Positions 1-20,179 of a stretch of 64,000 nucleotides of DNA are shown here, piece after piece. The notes below the pieces were generated by a model. The model was given only the letters and a program-made list of their open reading frames with translations. It made no database searches and was not told where the DNA came from. Origin of the DNA: the human T2T-CHM13v2.0 reference genome, Homo sapiens; NCBI RefSeq assembly GCF_009914755.1, contig NC_060926.1; one strand, given 5' to 3'. The number at the start of each line of letters is the position of its first letter. The first letter of the stretch is position 1. The position numbers were made by a program, and so were the translations under genes.

Positions 1-44
1 TTGAGGCACAGTGAAGACATCGGTGGCCACTCCAATAACAGCAG
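1..44 (+). other. CXCR2: CXCR2 non-coding 5'UTR exon (3' part; truncated by window edge)
   Basis: Ends GCAG|GTAGGT (donor at 45). Joining 1-44 + 3009-3060 + 8471 onward reproduces the CXCR2 mRNA leader as I recall it. Confidence 0.85.
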
Positions 45-189
45 GTAGGTGACTTGTTCAGTCTGAGATGCTGGCAACATATTTCTAATGGAAGAGATCT
101 GGAAACTTCAGCCTCCTCTGAGGCCCCTGAGAACTGGGGTGATGAAGTGTAGAAGCTTAGAGCTAAAGACAACTAAGTCTTCACCTAGA

Positions 190-733
<544 letters not shown>

Positions 734-792
734 ATAGAATTAGAAGAAGCTCCCGTTTTCCAAAGGCACACAACAAGGCCCAGAAAGAATGA

Positions 793-1116
<324 letters not shown>

Positions 1117-1379
1117 AGAAGCCAGTTTTTTAATTCACTCCACCCTGCATATAACCGCAGTGATCTCCATGGAAATGAAATTGACCTAAGGAGCATGAAG
1201 AAGGAGGCTGACTGGGAAATGTCAAATCTGGGCTCCCCTCTCTACATCCTTTGTATCTGACTTTCTGGGACACAGGGAGGTACCTAATGGAGCTCAGAAA
1301 CTTTAGGCTGGGATCCTGCTCCTTATTACAGTGAACAGGAGATAGGATTTGAGAGCAGATTTTTAGAAGTTTTTTAAAC

Positions 1380-1890
1380 TGAAAACCTAGTTCAGCTGTG
1401 TCACTCTAGGTATGTTGCTTAACCTCTCAGAGTCTTCATTTCCTCTTCCAGAAAGTGCCTGCTTCGTGAGGTTATCCTGAGGATTAATTGATACAAATTC
1501 TGGAAAGCACTTTGCCCAGAAGCTAGAACCTGGTAGACACTCAACATTACAGCTAATATGACAATTAATATCCAGGTCAAAGTAAATTAGATGTCATCAA
1601 AGTCAGCCTTGAAAGCAGACCCACTGCCGACTGCTTTCCCTTGACTGGGGATGTAGTGAGAGAGGCAGCATGTTATCAGTGAATAAACTATTCCAGTAAT
1701 AATGATCACAACAATAAAGGTTAACATTGTACTTTATGTATGTTTTACGTGATTTACAAGCAATCCCTCATTTCATCCTCACCACAACCCCATGAGTTGG
1801 ATTCTGTATTGGCCCCATTTTACAGATGAGTAAACTGAGACTCAGAAAGGAAAAGTCACTTGCCCAGAATTGCTCAGCTAGCCCTGGTGT
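1380..1890. mobile_element. MIR fragments (two, opposite orientation)
   Basis: CTTAACCTCTCAGAGTCTTCATTTCCTC and CCCATTTTACAGATGAGTAAACTGAGACTCAGA core motifs. Confidence 0.7.
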
Positions 1891-3008
1891 CATCTGCCTC
1901 TCTCCATATGTAATAAGCCTCTATCTGGTTTTAGCATCAACTGGCCAGGTGGCATTGCATTCTTCCCCAGCTTGGGAAAGAGAGGTGACAAAGACTAAGA
2001 AACATTTGCTGAACAGTTGGACTCAAAGATTCTTTCTTTGGGGTAGGCAGGCAATTTAAGTGCGTCTGCCACAGGGATTGAGTCCCCTCTGGGCCCTGGG
2101 ATGCATGGAGCAAGAGATAGGGTAAGGAATAATGGAGGGGATTGAGGTGTTGTTCACTGGGGTGGGCACTTGTGAGACAGCAGAATTAGTGTTCATGGCT
2201 CTGCCTGGATTAATTCATTCATTTGTAATCAATAGCAAATTGATAAAATACATTCTTAGGGTCACTTAACATTGTTTTTAAAAATGCATTTGGACTTTGG
2301 TGGAATCTTCCCTTTTACCAAAAGGCTTTCTTTCCAAATTAGAGGGTCTTGGCTCCAAGGGTGGTAAGCTGCTGCAGAGTTGGTGTCCTCAGACCCAATG
2401 CCAAGTGTGCGAAACAAGAAAGAATATCAATACCCAGAGATGGACTTGTGGTCAGAGCAGATGGTTGGGGAGTGAGGGGAAAGACAAGAGGCAGGAGTGG
2501 GGCCAAGAAGTAGAGGCATCAGGTCCAGGGAGGAACGCCACCAGACTCACCAGAAGCTTTAGTCCATCTCTGTCATTTTAATGCACTGCTCCCTTTGACA
2601 TGTGAAAGACATTGAAGGCTATAGTACTGCCAATGGTATGATGGGGAAGCCTGAGGCAGCTGGAATGCCAGGAGACTCAGACAAGGCAGCTGAAGGAGCC
2701 AGCGGCTCTGAGATACAGCAAAGATGAAAGAAATCCATGCAATCCTGGGCAAGCCATTTCCTTTGGGCTTCAGTTTCCCCATCTGTAAAATGGAAAGACT
2801 AGGTAGAAAACCCCTCAGGTCCCTTCCCAATATAAACTCTACGAGTCTATGAAATGACTATGCATCCGAGAGCTGATCTGGGAACTAATTATTCAAAGTT
2901 ATCAAAATCACCCGCACCCTCAGGAGCTCCACCCCTGAATTGCATTGAGCAATCTAATCTACCACTCACTTCCTCCACTGTGTTCTCACCACCACCTCCC
3001 TTTCATAG

Positions 3009-3060
3009 GTCACAGCTGCTCTTCTGGAGGTGTCCTACAGGTGAAAAGCCCAGCGACCCA
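3009..3060 (+). other. CXCR2: CXCR2 internal non-coding exon (52 nt)
   Basis: Pyrimidine-rich acceptor TTTCATAG|GTCAC and consensus donor ACCCA|GTAAGT. Confidence 0.88.
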
Positions 3061-3830
3061 GTAAGTCTTGGAACACCCACCCTTCCCACCAGCTAGAATG
3101 TCTCTGTTCTCTGTTTCCCTTGATACCCAGCCTACATTTATCCTAAGCATCTCTCCCCACCCTTGGTGGGCCCCTCACCCTCACCCCTTGGCCTCTTCAT
3201 TTTCTCCCTTTGGGGCTCTCCATCCCCAAAGGAAGAACTTCTGTTCCTCCTCCCTCACAACCCTCTCCAACCACTCAGGGCCACTTGCTGCCCATGCTTT
3301 TCCCTTGGCCTGGCAGCCTTCCAAGACTCAGCCAGCCCTCCTGGCCTGGGCTAGGACTGGGTCTGAGGATGGGCCGAACACTGTTCGCTTCCCACTTCCC
3401 GACACTAAATGCAAATATTTGTGGATTATATTTATAGAGAGAAAGAATACTGGAACTGTACTAAAATGACTCTTTTGTTGTTAAAAAGATTGCCTTAGAT
3501 GTTTGAGATCTTGTAAATGTCTCTCGTTCTATAGCATTTTCATGTAATAAATTAGAATTCATGCCATCATCTATGGAGTTTCCAAACTACCATGAGTCAC
3601 TAAGGGGCTGGCATTTTCCCTAAGTCAAGGAAGCTCCCTTTTTATCCTGGAATATATGACTGTGTGGTCAGCCGGACCCAGCCAGTTCAAGGGTGTTTGG
3701 TTTATCATCCCTGCAAGAGCTGTTTCTTTCATTCTGGGCCAAAGAAACGGCAAAAGAAAACAATGCATAAAACATGAAAGAATGTGAGTGGACCATATAC
3801 AGGTTGATTTAATGATATCTCAAGAACTTA

Positions 3831-4183
<353 letters not shown>

Positions 4184-5152
4184 TTAAGAGGAAGGGCTAT
4201 AGACTACAAATAAGGCAAGTGTAGTCCTTTATACCTCACTGGAACAGTGGTTTCACCACTTCTCCACCCTGTGATCGCAGGCTGGTTACTGAGCCTCCCT
4301 GTTAGGTCAGCTGATCCTCCTTGTGCCTCAGTCTTCTAGAAACAGGGCCTAATTGTATCTATTTGTAATGAGCCATGGAGATCATGTACCTGTGAGGCAC
4401 AAAGCAGACCTCAGATGTGTCATCTCCTTCCCTTAGTTTGTCCCTCTAACTGCCAAGTCATCCTCTGTAGAGATTGGTAAACTAAAAAACAACACCAACA
4501 ACAAACACCCCTCTCCCTACCCTAGGAGCTGGAGGTCACTGGCCTGACCTGGTTCTCCTTGCTGAGTTCTCTACCTTCTGTCCTGACTTGCATGCTCTCC
4601 CTCTGGAACCTGAAGCTGACCCATAATGCCTGGGAGCATGAGCTCACCCATACACCTCCAGCCCACCCCCAGCACAGCTGAGCACTGGATTATCCACAGT
4701 GAGGATTTACCTGTGAAACATGCTCTGCCACTGCTGCCTGTGCTGACATGGCAGTTTCTGCAGCAGCCTCAGTCCTGGCTTCTCACAGCCAATATTCATA
4801 CATACAAGGCCCTGCTCTCTAAGAGCACAAGCTCTCTGCACCCAATATGCCCTACATCTACTCTCAAAGATGGGTCTTCTGTTGGGTCATTTGTTCCCTT
4901 AAGAGCATCTGTAATCATCTGCTCCCAGAAGTGATCCACCCTTGACCTCTTGACTTCATTGGACATACCCTGGGCCTCTCAGCAAACTTGCTCTCAACCA
5001 TGGGACTGAGGAGCTGGTGACTTCTTTCAGGTCTTGCTGACCATACTGGTCCAGCAAGCTGTATTCCCAGCCCTCTCAATACCTCCCCAGCCTTCTGGCC
5101 AGGCAGGGCCAGAAATGAGGGATTGCTTATAAATTACGTAAGACATACATAA

Positions 5153-5454
<302 letters not shown>

Positions 5455-5804
5455 AAATGTTAACTTTTATTGTTGTGATCTAGTATAGTACATTACAACT
5501 GATTGAATCTTCTCCATCAGTTGCCTCGGCATGCTGGGAAGGCAATGTATCTGGCCCCTAACTCTTAAAAGAGAAACTAAAAACTTGTCAGGAAGGTGAT
5601 GGCTAAGAATTCCATCACTCTTGGGGGAAAAGTGGCATTATTTTTCCAGTTTTGCTTAATCTTCTTCAGCTTTCTTCTTTGCTACATATGATTGATGACA
5701 ACAGAGACTTCCTTTCTGCTAAAAAGAAATCCTCCCTGGGACTTTTGTTGTTATTTTTGTAATATTTGTATTTGCTTTGCAAGGCCGTGTACCCTTTGAT
5801 TAAT

Positions 5805-6790
5805 CTTTTTTTTAATTAAGACATAAGTCACATACCCCAAAAGTCACCCATTTAAAGTTTTTAGCATATTCTACAACCATTGCCACTAATTCCAGAACAC
5901 TTTTATCACTCAAAAGAAAAACTCCGTAGTCATTAACATTCCTCTCCCAGCTCCCCTTGACCCTGGAAACCACCAATCTACTTTCTGTCTCTACCAATTC
6001 TACCCATTTGCCTATTTTGGTCATTTCACATATATGGAATCACACAATAAGAAAACTTTTGTGTCTGCCTTTTTTCACCTAGACTAACATTTTCAAGGTT
6101 CATCCATGTTGTATTGTGTATCAGTACCTCATTCCTTCTCATGGCTGAATAATATTCTGTTGTACATAATACAGTCATAAGTTGCTTAACAATGCGGATG
6201 CATTCTGAGAAATATGTCATGTGAACATGGTAGAGTATACGATGCTATAGCCTACTACACACATGGGCTATATGGTAGAGTACTGCTCCTAGGCTACAAA
6301 CCTACTCAGCATGTTACTGTACTAAATACTGTAGGTAATTATAACACAATGGTATTCTTATATATAAACATAGGAAAAGAACACTAAAAATACAGTATTA
6401 TAATCTTATGGGACCACTGTGGTATTTGTGATGTGTCATTGACCAAAAAGTCTTTCAGTTGCTCATGACTGTTCCTCAATTTGTCTGTCCGTTCATCAGT
6501 TGATGGATATTTGGTTTGTTTCCACTTTTTGGCCTTAATGATGAATGCTACTACGAACATTAGCTTTCAATTCTCTTGGGTGTATACCTAGGTTGGGGTT
6601 TGCTGGTTCATGTGGTAACTCTATGTTTAACTTTTTTGAGCAACTGCTAAGCTGTTTTCCAAAGCAGCTGCACCATCTTACATTCCCACCTGCAATGTGG
6701 GAGAGTTCTGACTTTTCCACTTCCTCACCCACATTGTTCTTGGGCATCTTTTTCTGAGTGTGCCCAGCCTGGTGAGTGTGAAGTGGGTTC
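5805..6790 (-). mobile_element. Old L1 (L1MB-like) 3' end
   Basis: Typical L1M 3' sequence (AAGGTTCATCCATGTTGTA, ATGGCTGAATAATATTC, CATTCCCACCTGCAATG). Confidence 0.8.
6172..6471. mobile_element. Tigger3a-like MITE nested in L1
   Basis: Termini CAGTCAT...ATGACTG with TA on the left; internal GCTCCTAGGCTACAAACC and CTTATGGGACCAC. Confidence 0.8.
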
Positions 6791-6964
6791 TGGGACCTTT
6801 AACTTCCTGGTTTTTCTCTCACACTGGGTTCCATTTTGGGGGTAGATTACGGACTTGGACATGGTTGGTGGTAGGGTGGTCATCCCTTACTCTAAGGCAA
6901 TGGCCGGAGGGTGATCTATTTTGTGGTTCAGAAAGAAGCTAATTAGGGAGCTGGATTGCTTTAG

Positions 6965-7284
<320 letters not shown>

Positions 7285-7944
7285 TGGGATAATATTTTTG
7301 AATAACTGCAGCCCACCCTCCACACCCAGGCTTCCCCAGAGCAGGATCTGTGCTGTCCCTGTGGCAAGGGCAGAGCCCCAGGAGCTAGACTAAATCTGAG
7401 AGGAACAGGGGAGTCAAGGCTAGATGGAGGCACACACATGCAGGACAGGAAGGGTCTCCAGCAGGGCTGGAAAGCCACCAAGCAAGGGTAGTGCAAACCC
7501 TGTCTTCTCTGCTTCCTGCTGCCCCTCTCTTATTGGGTAGCAGACTGGCTGTGTCTGCTTATCCCGCATGGTGGCACATGGCTGCCCAGAGCTCCCCAAA
7601 TAACCTGTTACGTTTCCACCCACAGGGAGAATCAGGCAGCCCGCTTGCTTATTGTTTTTAATATACTTTTCCAAACTACACAGACATTCCCAAAGCGGGT
7701 CTCCTTCTACCCAAAAGAGAAACGCTGGGCCTTACTAATTAACTGAAGACTCTGCTAGCTCGAGCCTTCCAAAACTCCATGCCACAATTGTTCAAACCAT
7801 TTTCCAGAATACATCTTTTAAAATAACTTTTAGAAAATTGAACAAAGGGATTCATGTCTCAGCTTTATAGTCAAACCATGATCTTTTCTGAGGGTATAGC
7901 CCATTTGGAGTTCCTGCTTAATCCCCTGATTAAAAACTGAATGG

Positions 7945-8076
7945 GGCTGAGTGCAGTGGCTCATGCCTATATTCCCAGCACTTTGGGAGACAGAGGCAGG
8001 AGAATTACTTAAGGTCAGGAGTTTAAGACCATCCTGAGCAACATAACAAGTCCCCATCTCTAAGACAAAAAAAAAA
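7945..8076 (+). mobile_element. Alu monomer (FLAM/left arm)
   Basis: Single arm followed by an A-tract. Confidence 0.8.
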
Positions 8077-8450
8077 GAACTGAGTGACATCTCACATCTC
8101 ACATTTCTGAACATTAAACCCAGCCTTGATAGCCAAAGATGCTCGCCACTGAAGGATCCAGGTAGTATTGAGGGTTCTGTGGGGATTATCCAAAGAGAAC
8201 TTTCTACAAAGTTTTAGGTGATGGCAATGCTAAAAGAAATGCTAAGAATTTCTCTCTTATATTAAAGAGAACTATGGTCCTCTCATAAAATGTACCATTT
8301 ATCACCAAATTTATCTCATAACCTAAGAGCTACCACTTACAAATTTGAAGGGAAAAATTACTACATTGTAATACTCAAGCCAACACAAAGAATCCTATCC
8401 CAGTTTCTTGAGTGGATGGGCAAGAATATGGGGAATTTATTATGCAGTAA

Positions 8451-9578
<1,128 letters not shown>

Positions 9579-9920
9579 GACCTCCTGCCTAAGTGCAGCC
9601 CCGTGGGGTTCCTCCCTTCTCTTCACAGTCACATTCCAAGCCTCATGTCCACTGGTTCTTCTTGGTCTCAGTGTCAATGCAGCCCCCATTGTGGTCACAG
9701 GAAGCAGAGGAGGCCACGTTCTTACTAGTTTCCCTTGCATGGTTTAGAAAGCTTGCCCTGGTGCCTCACCCCTTGCCATAATTACTATGTCATTTGCTGG
9801 AGCTCTGCCCATCCTGCCCCTGAGCCCATGGCACTCTATGTTCTAAGAAGTGAAAATCTACACTCCAGTGAGACAGCTCTGCATACTCATTAGGATGGCT
9901 AGTATCAAAAGAAAGAAAAT

Positions 9921-10127
<207 letters not shown>

Positions 10128-10129
10128 GT

Positions 10130-10814
10130 CCATGAAGATGTAGAGGAGAAACTGGAACTCTCGAGCGTTGCTGGGGGGGATTGTAAAATGGTGTGACCAC
10201 TGCAGAAGACAGTATGGCAGCTTTCCTCAAAACTTCAGACATAGAATTAACACATGATCCTGCAATTCCACTTATAGGAATTGACCCACAAGAAATGAAA
10301 GCAGGGACTTGAACCCATATTTGTACACCAATATTCATAGCAGCTTATTCACAAGACCCAAAAGGCAGAAGCAACCCAAATGTTCATCAATGAATGAATG
10401 AATGGCTAAGCAAAATGTGATATGTACCTAACGAAGTATCCTTCAGCCTGAAAGAGGAATGAAGTACTCATACATGTTACAACACGGACGAACCTTGAAA
10501 ACTTTATGCTAAGTGAAATAAGCCAGACATCAACAGATAAATAGTTTATGATTCCACCTACATGAGGTACTGAGAGTGAACAAATTTACAGAGACAGAAA
10601 GCAGAACAGTGATTACCAGGGACTGAGGGGAGGGGAGCATGGGAAGTGACGGTTTAATGGGCACAGGGTTTATGTTTAGGATGTTGAAAAAGTTCTGCAG
10701 ATAAACAGTAGTGATAGTTGTACCGCAATGTGACTTAATGCCACTAAATTGACACTTAAAAATGGTTTAAATGGTCAATTTTGTTATGTATATTTTATAT
10801 CAATTTAAAAAAAA
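10130..10814 (+). mobile_element. Old L1 (L1MB-like) 3' end within CXCR2 3'UTR
   Basis: ATTCATAGCAGC, TTATGCTAAGTGAAATAAGCCAGAC, CACTTAAAAATGGTT, A-rich end. Confidence 0.8.
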
Positions 10815-10919
10815 ACCTGAGCCCCAAAAGGTATTTTAATCACCAAGGCTGATTAAACCAAGGCTAGAACCACCTGCCTATATTTTTTGTTAAATGATTT
10901 CATTCAATATCTTTTTTTT

Positions 10920-10925
10920 AATAAA
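10920..10925 (+). terminator. CXCR2: CXCR2 polyadenylation signal AATAAA
   Basis: AATAAA with U-rich upstream and GU-rich downstream sequence (TTGGGTGTTT), ~1.35 kb after the stop. Confidence 0.8.
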
Positions 10926-12183
10926 CCATTTTTACTTGGGTGTTTATATTACTGCTTCCAAATTGCTACAGAGTGGTGGGGCAAGGGTGAGTGGAGGTCT
11001 TGGGTGAGAGTCTTTACAAGAAGTAAATCTCTTTGTTATTTGCTGTGTCATAGAGAAAAGGATGGAATAGAGATGGAGCCCAGCCTTGCCATCCCCTCAC
11101 CCCCAACCCAAGCTTCCTGCTGTAGACCACACATCATGGAAAGAAATGCATTCTGGGATGCTCTAGGGCGTCTCGTGTCGTTGGGTGAGGCAGTAGTCAG
11201 GAGTGTCAGGGGTGAGACTTAGAGTTAGAAGGTGCAGAGGGTTGAGTAAGTTTACCAAATCCCCCTGATCAGGTAGCAGGAAGGCAGAGAGCTCTCCCAG
11301 CTCAACCAGCAGCACCCACTGTGAGTGCCCTATCCTCTTCCCTCTCTCCCACCCAAACACACACCCATCATTCCAGGTTTGACAGGACAGCCCAAATGCA
11401 GAATGGGGAAGTGGTTTATAATCTGTCATTAGGAGAAAACAAAAGATTCGAATCATGCCTCCAACAGCATGGAGTGCTGACTGTTCGGAGAGTGGGGGGA
11501 TACAGCAGAGACCACGACAGACAGTGCCTTGCCCTGGGGGAGCTCACATTCCTAGGGCTTGTCTCTGCAGGGTCTTTGTCAAGAGGGGCTCTGGGTCTGA
11601 GCAGCCTGAGAAGGAAGGAAGGAGGCAAGAGGAACTGAACGTCCGCAGTTCCCAAACAACCCCCTTCAGGTTAACAACTAAATCTAGGGGAAAACAGGGA
11701 GGCAGGAGCACACCTCTGAGTGGGAGGGCTTGAGGGGCAGAGAACTTCCACTCAAAAGCCACAGAAGTGCCTTTCCTATTGCATTCAGCAACAACAATCC
11801 CTTCTTTCCTGCTCATTCTATGCTGGGTACTTGCTAAACTCGGGACCAAGCACGACTCAACTGCTCTGGCTGAGTCTTCGGAACAGCTTCTGATTCAGTA
11901 GCAGGGAAATGCAGGGGAACGTGTATTTACCAAGGACCTGACTTGCCAGAGGAACCAATGGTGCTCTGCCTGGACAAGGCTGATGGACCAGGTGGCTCCC
12001 TGAGATGACTCCCAGAGGGAAGAGGCCAAATTACACCTCACTCTGGTTTCAGGACTCTGCTCTTTCCTCTCACAAGGACTGGAGGAAACATGGTTCTCCA
12101 AGGATAATAAAAGGATACCATCAGCCTAGGAAAATGAGGCAGAGATTAAATTATGCTTACGTGAACTCTGTTATTCATCTCTA

Positions 12184-12186
<3 letters not shown>

Positions 12187-12248
<62 letters not shown>

Positions 12249-12251
12249 TCT
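12187..12251. repeat. (CT)n microsatellite
   Basis: About 30 CT units with one GT interruption. Confidence 0.95.
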
Positions 12252-12834
12252 TTCAGACTCTCTCTCATAAGAACAGTCTTGGCACAAATAATTTACCAAA
12301 CACGCCATCCCTAGGACAGGCGAGTCTGGGGATTGCCTTTGAGTTATTGACTTCTTTCTTCCCTCTGATGTTTCTGATCCTGAGTCCCAAGGTCTCAGGG
12401 TCCAGCACCTTTCTGCCTGATCTGCCTTCTCGGTCTGTCAAAGAGGCCTGAAGTCCCCATTTCCATACATAAACGAGGAAACTGAGGCTTTACCAAAGCA
12501 ACCTGGCCAAAATCTCATGGCTAGACAGTAGTGGAGCTGAAATAAGATTCCTAGTCAGTTCGTTTTTTACCAAATATTTCGCTTTTCGGTTCGAGCACCT
12601 GACAGACAAGATGGAAAATTACATGTAGACATGACCTTTTCAGACCATTTCACTCACACGGGTAAGACCAGTCTACATTTTCTGCACCTGCACTCATCTG
12701 TGCCTGGAGCTGGGGTTGCTGGAGTCTCAGTCAGCGAGGCCCAGAGGAGGCTCAGGGGCACAGGTGTGGGAGCAGCCTCAGGCTGGGTTCTCCTATTCTT
12801 GGCTGGCAGGCAGCACAGTTAAAGACACAATCGT

Positions 12835-13135
<301 letters not shown>

Positions 13136-13699
13136 GACGCAATCAGAGCCCAAAACAAAATTCAGAGACAGGCACAACTAACCCCTCTACAGAGGACACA
13201 TATCTTATCAGGCAGGGGCCAATTAAAGAAGCAAAACCACTGGGAGGAGGAATTTGTGACAGGCATTTGACCCTAGGCAACTGTGGGAGCTGGCTAAACC
13301 ATTAGTGTCAGGCTGTTGGCTTTGTTTCTTGGCTGGGATCTTAAGCTGGTAGGATGGACAGCCTGGAAGGAAAGATGGATGTAAAGTGGGAATAGTGAGG
13401 AGGAGCTGGAACCTACCAGGACAGGCTGATACCTGCGTTGGTCCAAGTTCAGTATGTGAATGGCCTGTGGAGAAGCTGGCACCTGCACCAAGCAGGTAAA
13501 CCCACACCTGAGGGGCTGCAGGCCAGCTCAGGCCCCATGCCTACAGGAGCCGGCAGATAAGTGACATCATATGGTGGTGTCTGGTGCCTTCCACTGACCT
13601 TCCTGAGCTGAAACAGAATGTAGATGCTGCTCCACTTCCACCTTCCAGATCTCACATACAAGGTCCCTTCTGGCCCCTCACTGACCTGGAAATGTGAAA

Positions 13700-15690
<1,991 letters not shown>

Positions 15691-16069
15691 TGGAGGATGG
15701 GGTAGCATTCATCACTGGTTTGTACAATTTTGCATTGTTTCCATTTATTTGGTTGGGGCTGGATTTTTCCAAAAATGAAGGAGCTGAAGCTGATTTTGGA
15801 GGGGTCTGCACAGGCCTTCTTATAGACAAGGGGGCTGGGCTTTGTGGACATGACCATTTCTGTGTTTTATATTCTTTCTTGAACAATATTCATATTCTTT
15901 TTTTTACTTGATTTCCTGGTGAAGTTGCTTTTTGAAAAACATCTTCTTAGTCCCAAATGAGTTAAGCAATAAAGAGACTTGTTGATATTTGACCAAAAAA
16001 GAACTAGGCACCACTGATGGCCATGGGACAGCATTTCTAAAATGCTCCATGCTTAAAATGGGCTTCTTG

Positions 16070-16383
<314 letters not shown>

Positions 16384-16841
16384 TCAAAATATAGATTTAT
16401 GGATAATCCCCAGTTTCCTGGCAGAAACTAGGCAGTGCACTTGAGCTAGGCAAGGAGAGAGAGTTTTATCCACTTCAGTAAGAGTTGAATAAAGGGACCT
16501 GGAACAACAGTGTGGGAAGGATTTGGGGAAAATAATGTGAAATTCAGTACCCTAAGGACTGTGACAGTGGGGAGCAATCACTATCCCTAGGCCTAAAGCA
16601 GCAAGGTGAGGAACCATGACAGGAGCCCAAGAGAGAGCAGTATGATGTGGGCTGCCTGACAGGTGTCAACCCCAGCAACCAGCAGGGACAGGGCTGAGCA
16701 AAGAAATGCCCTGACTTGACACTGCTCCTGTTTAGGGTTCCTGAAGCCTCTCTTACCAGGGTTCCCATTGGCTGAACTCAGTCCCGTCTCCCACTTGGAT
16801 CCCCCTGATACTGGGTTGAGCTCAACCCAATCTCCTACCAG

Positions 16842-17620
16842 TGAAAGAGGAGGAGTTCCCTTATCCCCCTCATGAGGCATACAACAGGGGTGTGTCTCGC
16901 TTCTTCAGTGCCCCACCACTCAAACCTTGAGGGGGAGCATGCAGGTGGGCAGGTCGTGGGGAGCATTTTTGGGCTCCGACACCACGACAGCACCTAGGGT
17001 TGAGTGTTTACAGCTCCCAAAACCCCAGTGGGCATGTGTTACACTGTGCTCTTTCAGTTTTGCCATCTGCAGGTGGCTTGTGTTAATCAGCTCAATTAGA
17101 TCCTCTGCCTTATCACAAGGACAGAGGGCTTTCTGTAACCCAAGTTCTTGCCCTAGTGTACCAGAAAAATCAGATCACACATGGGCTTGGAGGATGGGTG
17201 CAAGGTTTTATTGAGTGGTGGAGGTAGCTCTCAGAGAGGTGGATGGGGAGCCAGAAGGAGGATGGAGTGGGAAGGTGGTCTTCCCCTGGAGTCAGGCTGC
17301 CCAGCAGCCAGACTTTCCTCCTACCACCCCCAACTGAATTCCATGTTGTCCCACCGTCAATGGCCTGCCGGTGTTCGCTGGTGTCTGTTGGTGTGTTGTT
17401 CTGCTCCTCTTGATGTCCTGCTACTTGTGTGTGTACCCGCTAAGGTCTCTCGGGTTTATATGGGCACAGGATGGGGGACGTAGGGGGCCAGAGTGGGCTT
17501 GGAAAATGCAACAGGAATGGCTCTCCTCATTTAGGTCCATGGACACAGGCCCAGTGTGGAGCCCTCACCAGGGACCCCACCCTTCTCTACCCAGCACTTC
17601 CCTGCCCCACTCCCATATCA
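16842..17620 (-). mobile_element. ERV1-class solo LTR (MER52/LTR27/LTR28-like), inserted in an older ERVL-type LTR (~16550-17770)
   Basis: TG...CA termini, CCAG TSD (16838-41 and 17621-24), TTTATT at ~17207 (AATAAA on -). Confidence 0.75.
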
Positions 17621-17869
17621 CCAGGATTCCCATTGGTTGAGCTCAGAAACCAGAGGACAAGGGAGTGCCCTGAGACAGTCCATGTAGGTCAGCATCCCAG
17701 GGCACAGAATTCAGTAAAGAAAGGTAGAGAGTGTATCTGGAGGAAAACATAGATGATATCCAACTCACCACCCAAGCTTCAAGTTAAGAGTAATGGTTCC
17801 ATTTCTACCAAATCTGTATGGCTGAGAGTGGATCCTGGGAATCTGGAGCCCCAGTGACTCTGATCATGA

Positions 17870-18272
<403 letters not shown>

Positions 18273-18782
18273 TGTTGGGAACAGGCCCCTCAAAATCTGG
18301 CCATAAACTGGCCCCAAAACTGGCCTTAAACAAAATCTCTGCAGCACTGTGACATGTTCTTGATGGCCATAACGCCCACACTGGAAGGTTGTGGGTTTAC
18401 CAGAATGAGGGCAAGGAACACCTGGACCACCCAGGGCAGAAAACAGCTTAAAGGCATTCTTAAACCACAACAATAGCATGAGCAATCTGTGCCTTAAGGG
18501 CATGTTCCTGCTGCAGATAACTAGCCAGACCCACCCCTTTATTTCAGCCCATCCCTTCCTTTCCCATAAGGGATACTTTTAATTAATCTAATATCTATAG
18601 AAACAATGCTAATGACTGGCTTGCTGTTAATAAATACCTGGGTAAATCTCTGTTCAGGGCTCTCAGCTCTGAAGGCTGTGAGACCCCTGATTTCCCACTT
18701 CACACCTCTATATTTCTGTGTGTGTCTTTAATTCCTCTAGCGCCACTGGGTTAGGGTCTCCCCGACCGAGCTGGTCTCAGCA
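18273..18782 (+). mobile_element. MER9 (HERV-K HML-3) solo LTR
   Basis: TGTTGGGAACAGGCCCC...GAGCTGGTCTCAGCA, 510 bp, internal AATAAA; degenerate 6-bp TSD CCCGGC/TCCAGC. Confidence 0.85.
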
Positions 18783-20179
18783 TCCAGCCATGATTTTGGC
18801 CTAGCCAAAAAGAAGATGGCCTTGCATTGGAGCCTCTTGTGGTCATTCTGTCTTCCCTAGGTGGAGCAGCTATGGGAGTCCAGAGGGAAAACAGAGAGGA
18901 GCAGAAATCATGGCCCCAACTCAAGGGCCCTCCCCTAAGGACAGCTTCAGAGACATAAACAAAGGAGCACCTTCCGGGAGAAGACAAACACACCACTGAT
19001 TTCTCAACAGGGCCTTGCTAGGTCTGATGTCAGACATGTTCCCTGCTCATAAACAGAAGAGCCAGCTTCCCATCAACACTGGCTCTGTGCCAGGCAGACC
19101 CAGAGACAGGGCTAAAGTCCTGGTTCCCATGAGGTGGTCAGTGTTTTTTCTCTATTCTGCTACAGTTATGATCCCAGCGGGCATTTCTAGAGGACTTTCT
19201 TAGAAGTCCAGCACCATGCTAAGGGATTTGCTCTACTGGACTGCACAGCTGTCTATGGCACTTGGAATACCTCGCTTCCCCATGCTTAATTCCATGCTTG
19301 CCCAACAGTCCAACCCAATTGCCAAAAATCCATAAGCAGGGGAGACAGGGAGCTTCTGCAAGGCTCAGGGGTCTCAATATCATAGTAGTTCCCAGGGACC
19401 ATGGTCAGGGGTGCCCAGAAACCCTCTGTTTATGGAAAGATTCTACTCATTCAGTTTAGGACATATACACAGAAGTGTGTTATTCATATCATACTCTCCA
19501 CTCTCCACTCATCACTTGTGTGAGTGGTGGCCTTGAACTGCTTTACCTAAATCCACACTGTCTGGGTGGAAGGAATCTCGAAGATCCACTTCTGAACTGA
19601 CCTCCACTTTTGACAGGTGAATGACTGGAGGCCCAGAGTAGGTGGACACTTGCAAGAGATCTCAAACTACAAGTGACAGAAGCAGCACTGGACACTGGTC
19701 TCCAGATTCCCCATTCATTACCCTCCTCACTACCAGGATGCCACTCTCAAGTTACTGAGAAAATGATTCTTATGGGACTGGTGGCAAGACTCATAAGATT
19801 ATTCCCATGGCCTTTTTCTTCCAGTACCTGTAGATAAAGATTCAGAGAAAAAGAAGACCCAGGAATAGAGACACAGAGTACAGTCCTAAAGCTACTCCTT
19901 CACTTATTCATTTTTTTCCTGTTCATCATGCAAGTCAAGTAAACATTTGGATCTGGTTTAGTGGTAAACATTGGCATGATGACAGCTTCTTGCAAGAGCT
20001 TTTAATGACAAGATGCCTTGTATTCAAACAGAGAGATATTTCTTTTTTTTTACCCAAAAACATAAACATGAAAGAAGTGTTAAAAGAAAAACTCTTTTAA
20101 AGTATGGTGAAACAAGACATAACTGAAATAACAACCATTAATGAATAAGTATTGGAAGAAAGGTACCAAACTGTGTCTT

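Noticed and set aside
12005-12451. 148-aa ORF with an SLSLSL run
   Set aside because: Produced by the (CT)n microsatellite.
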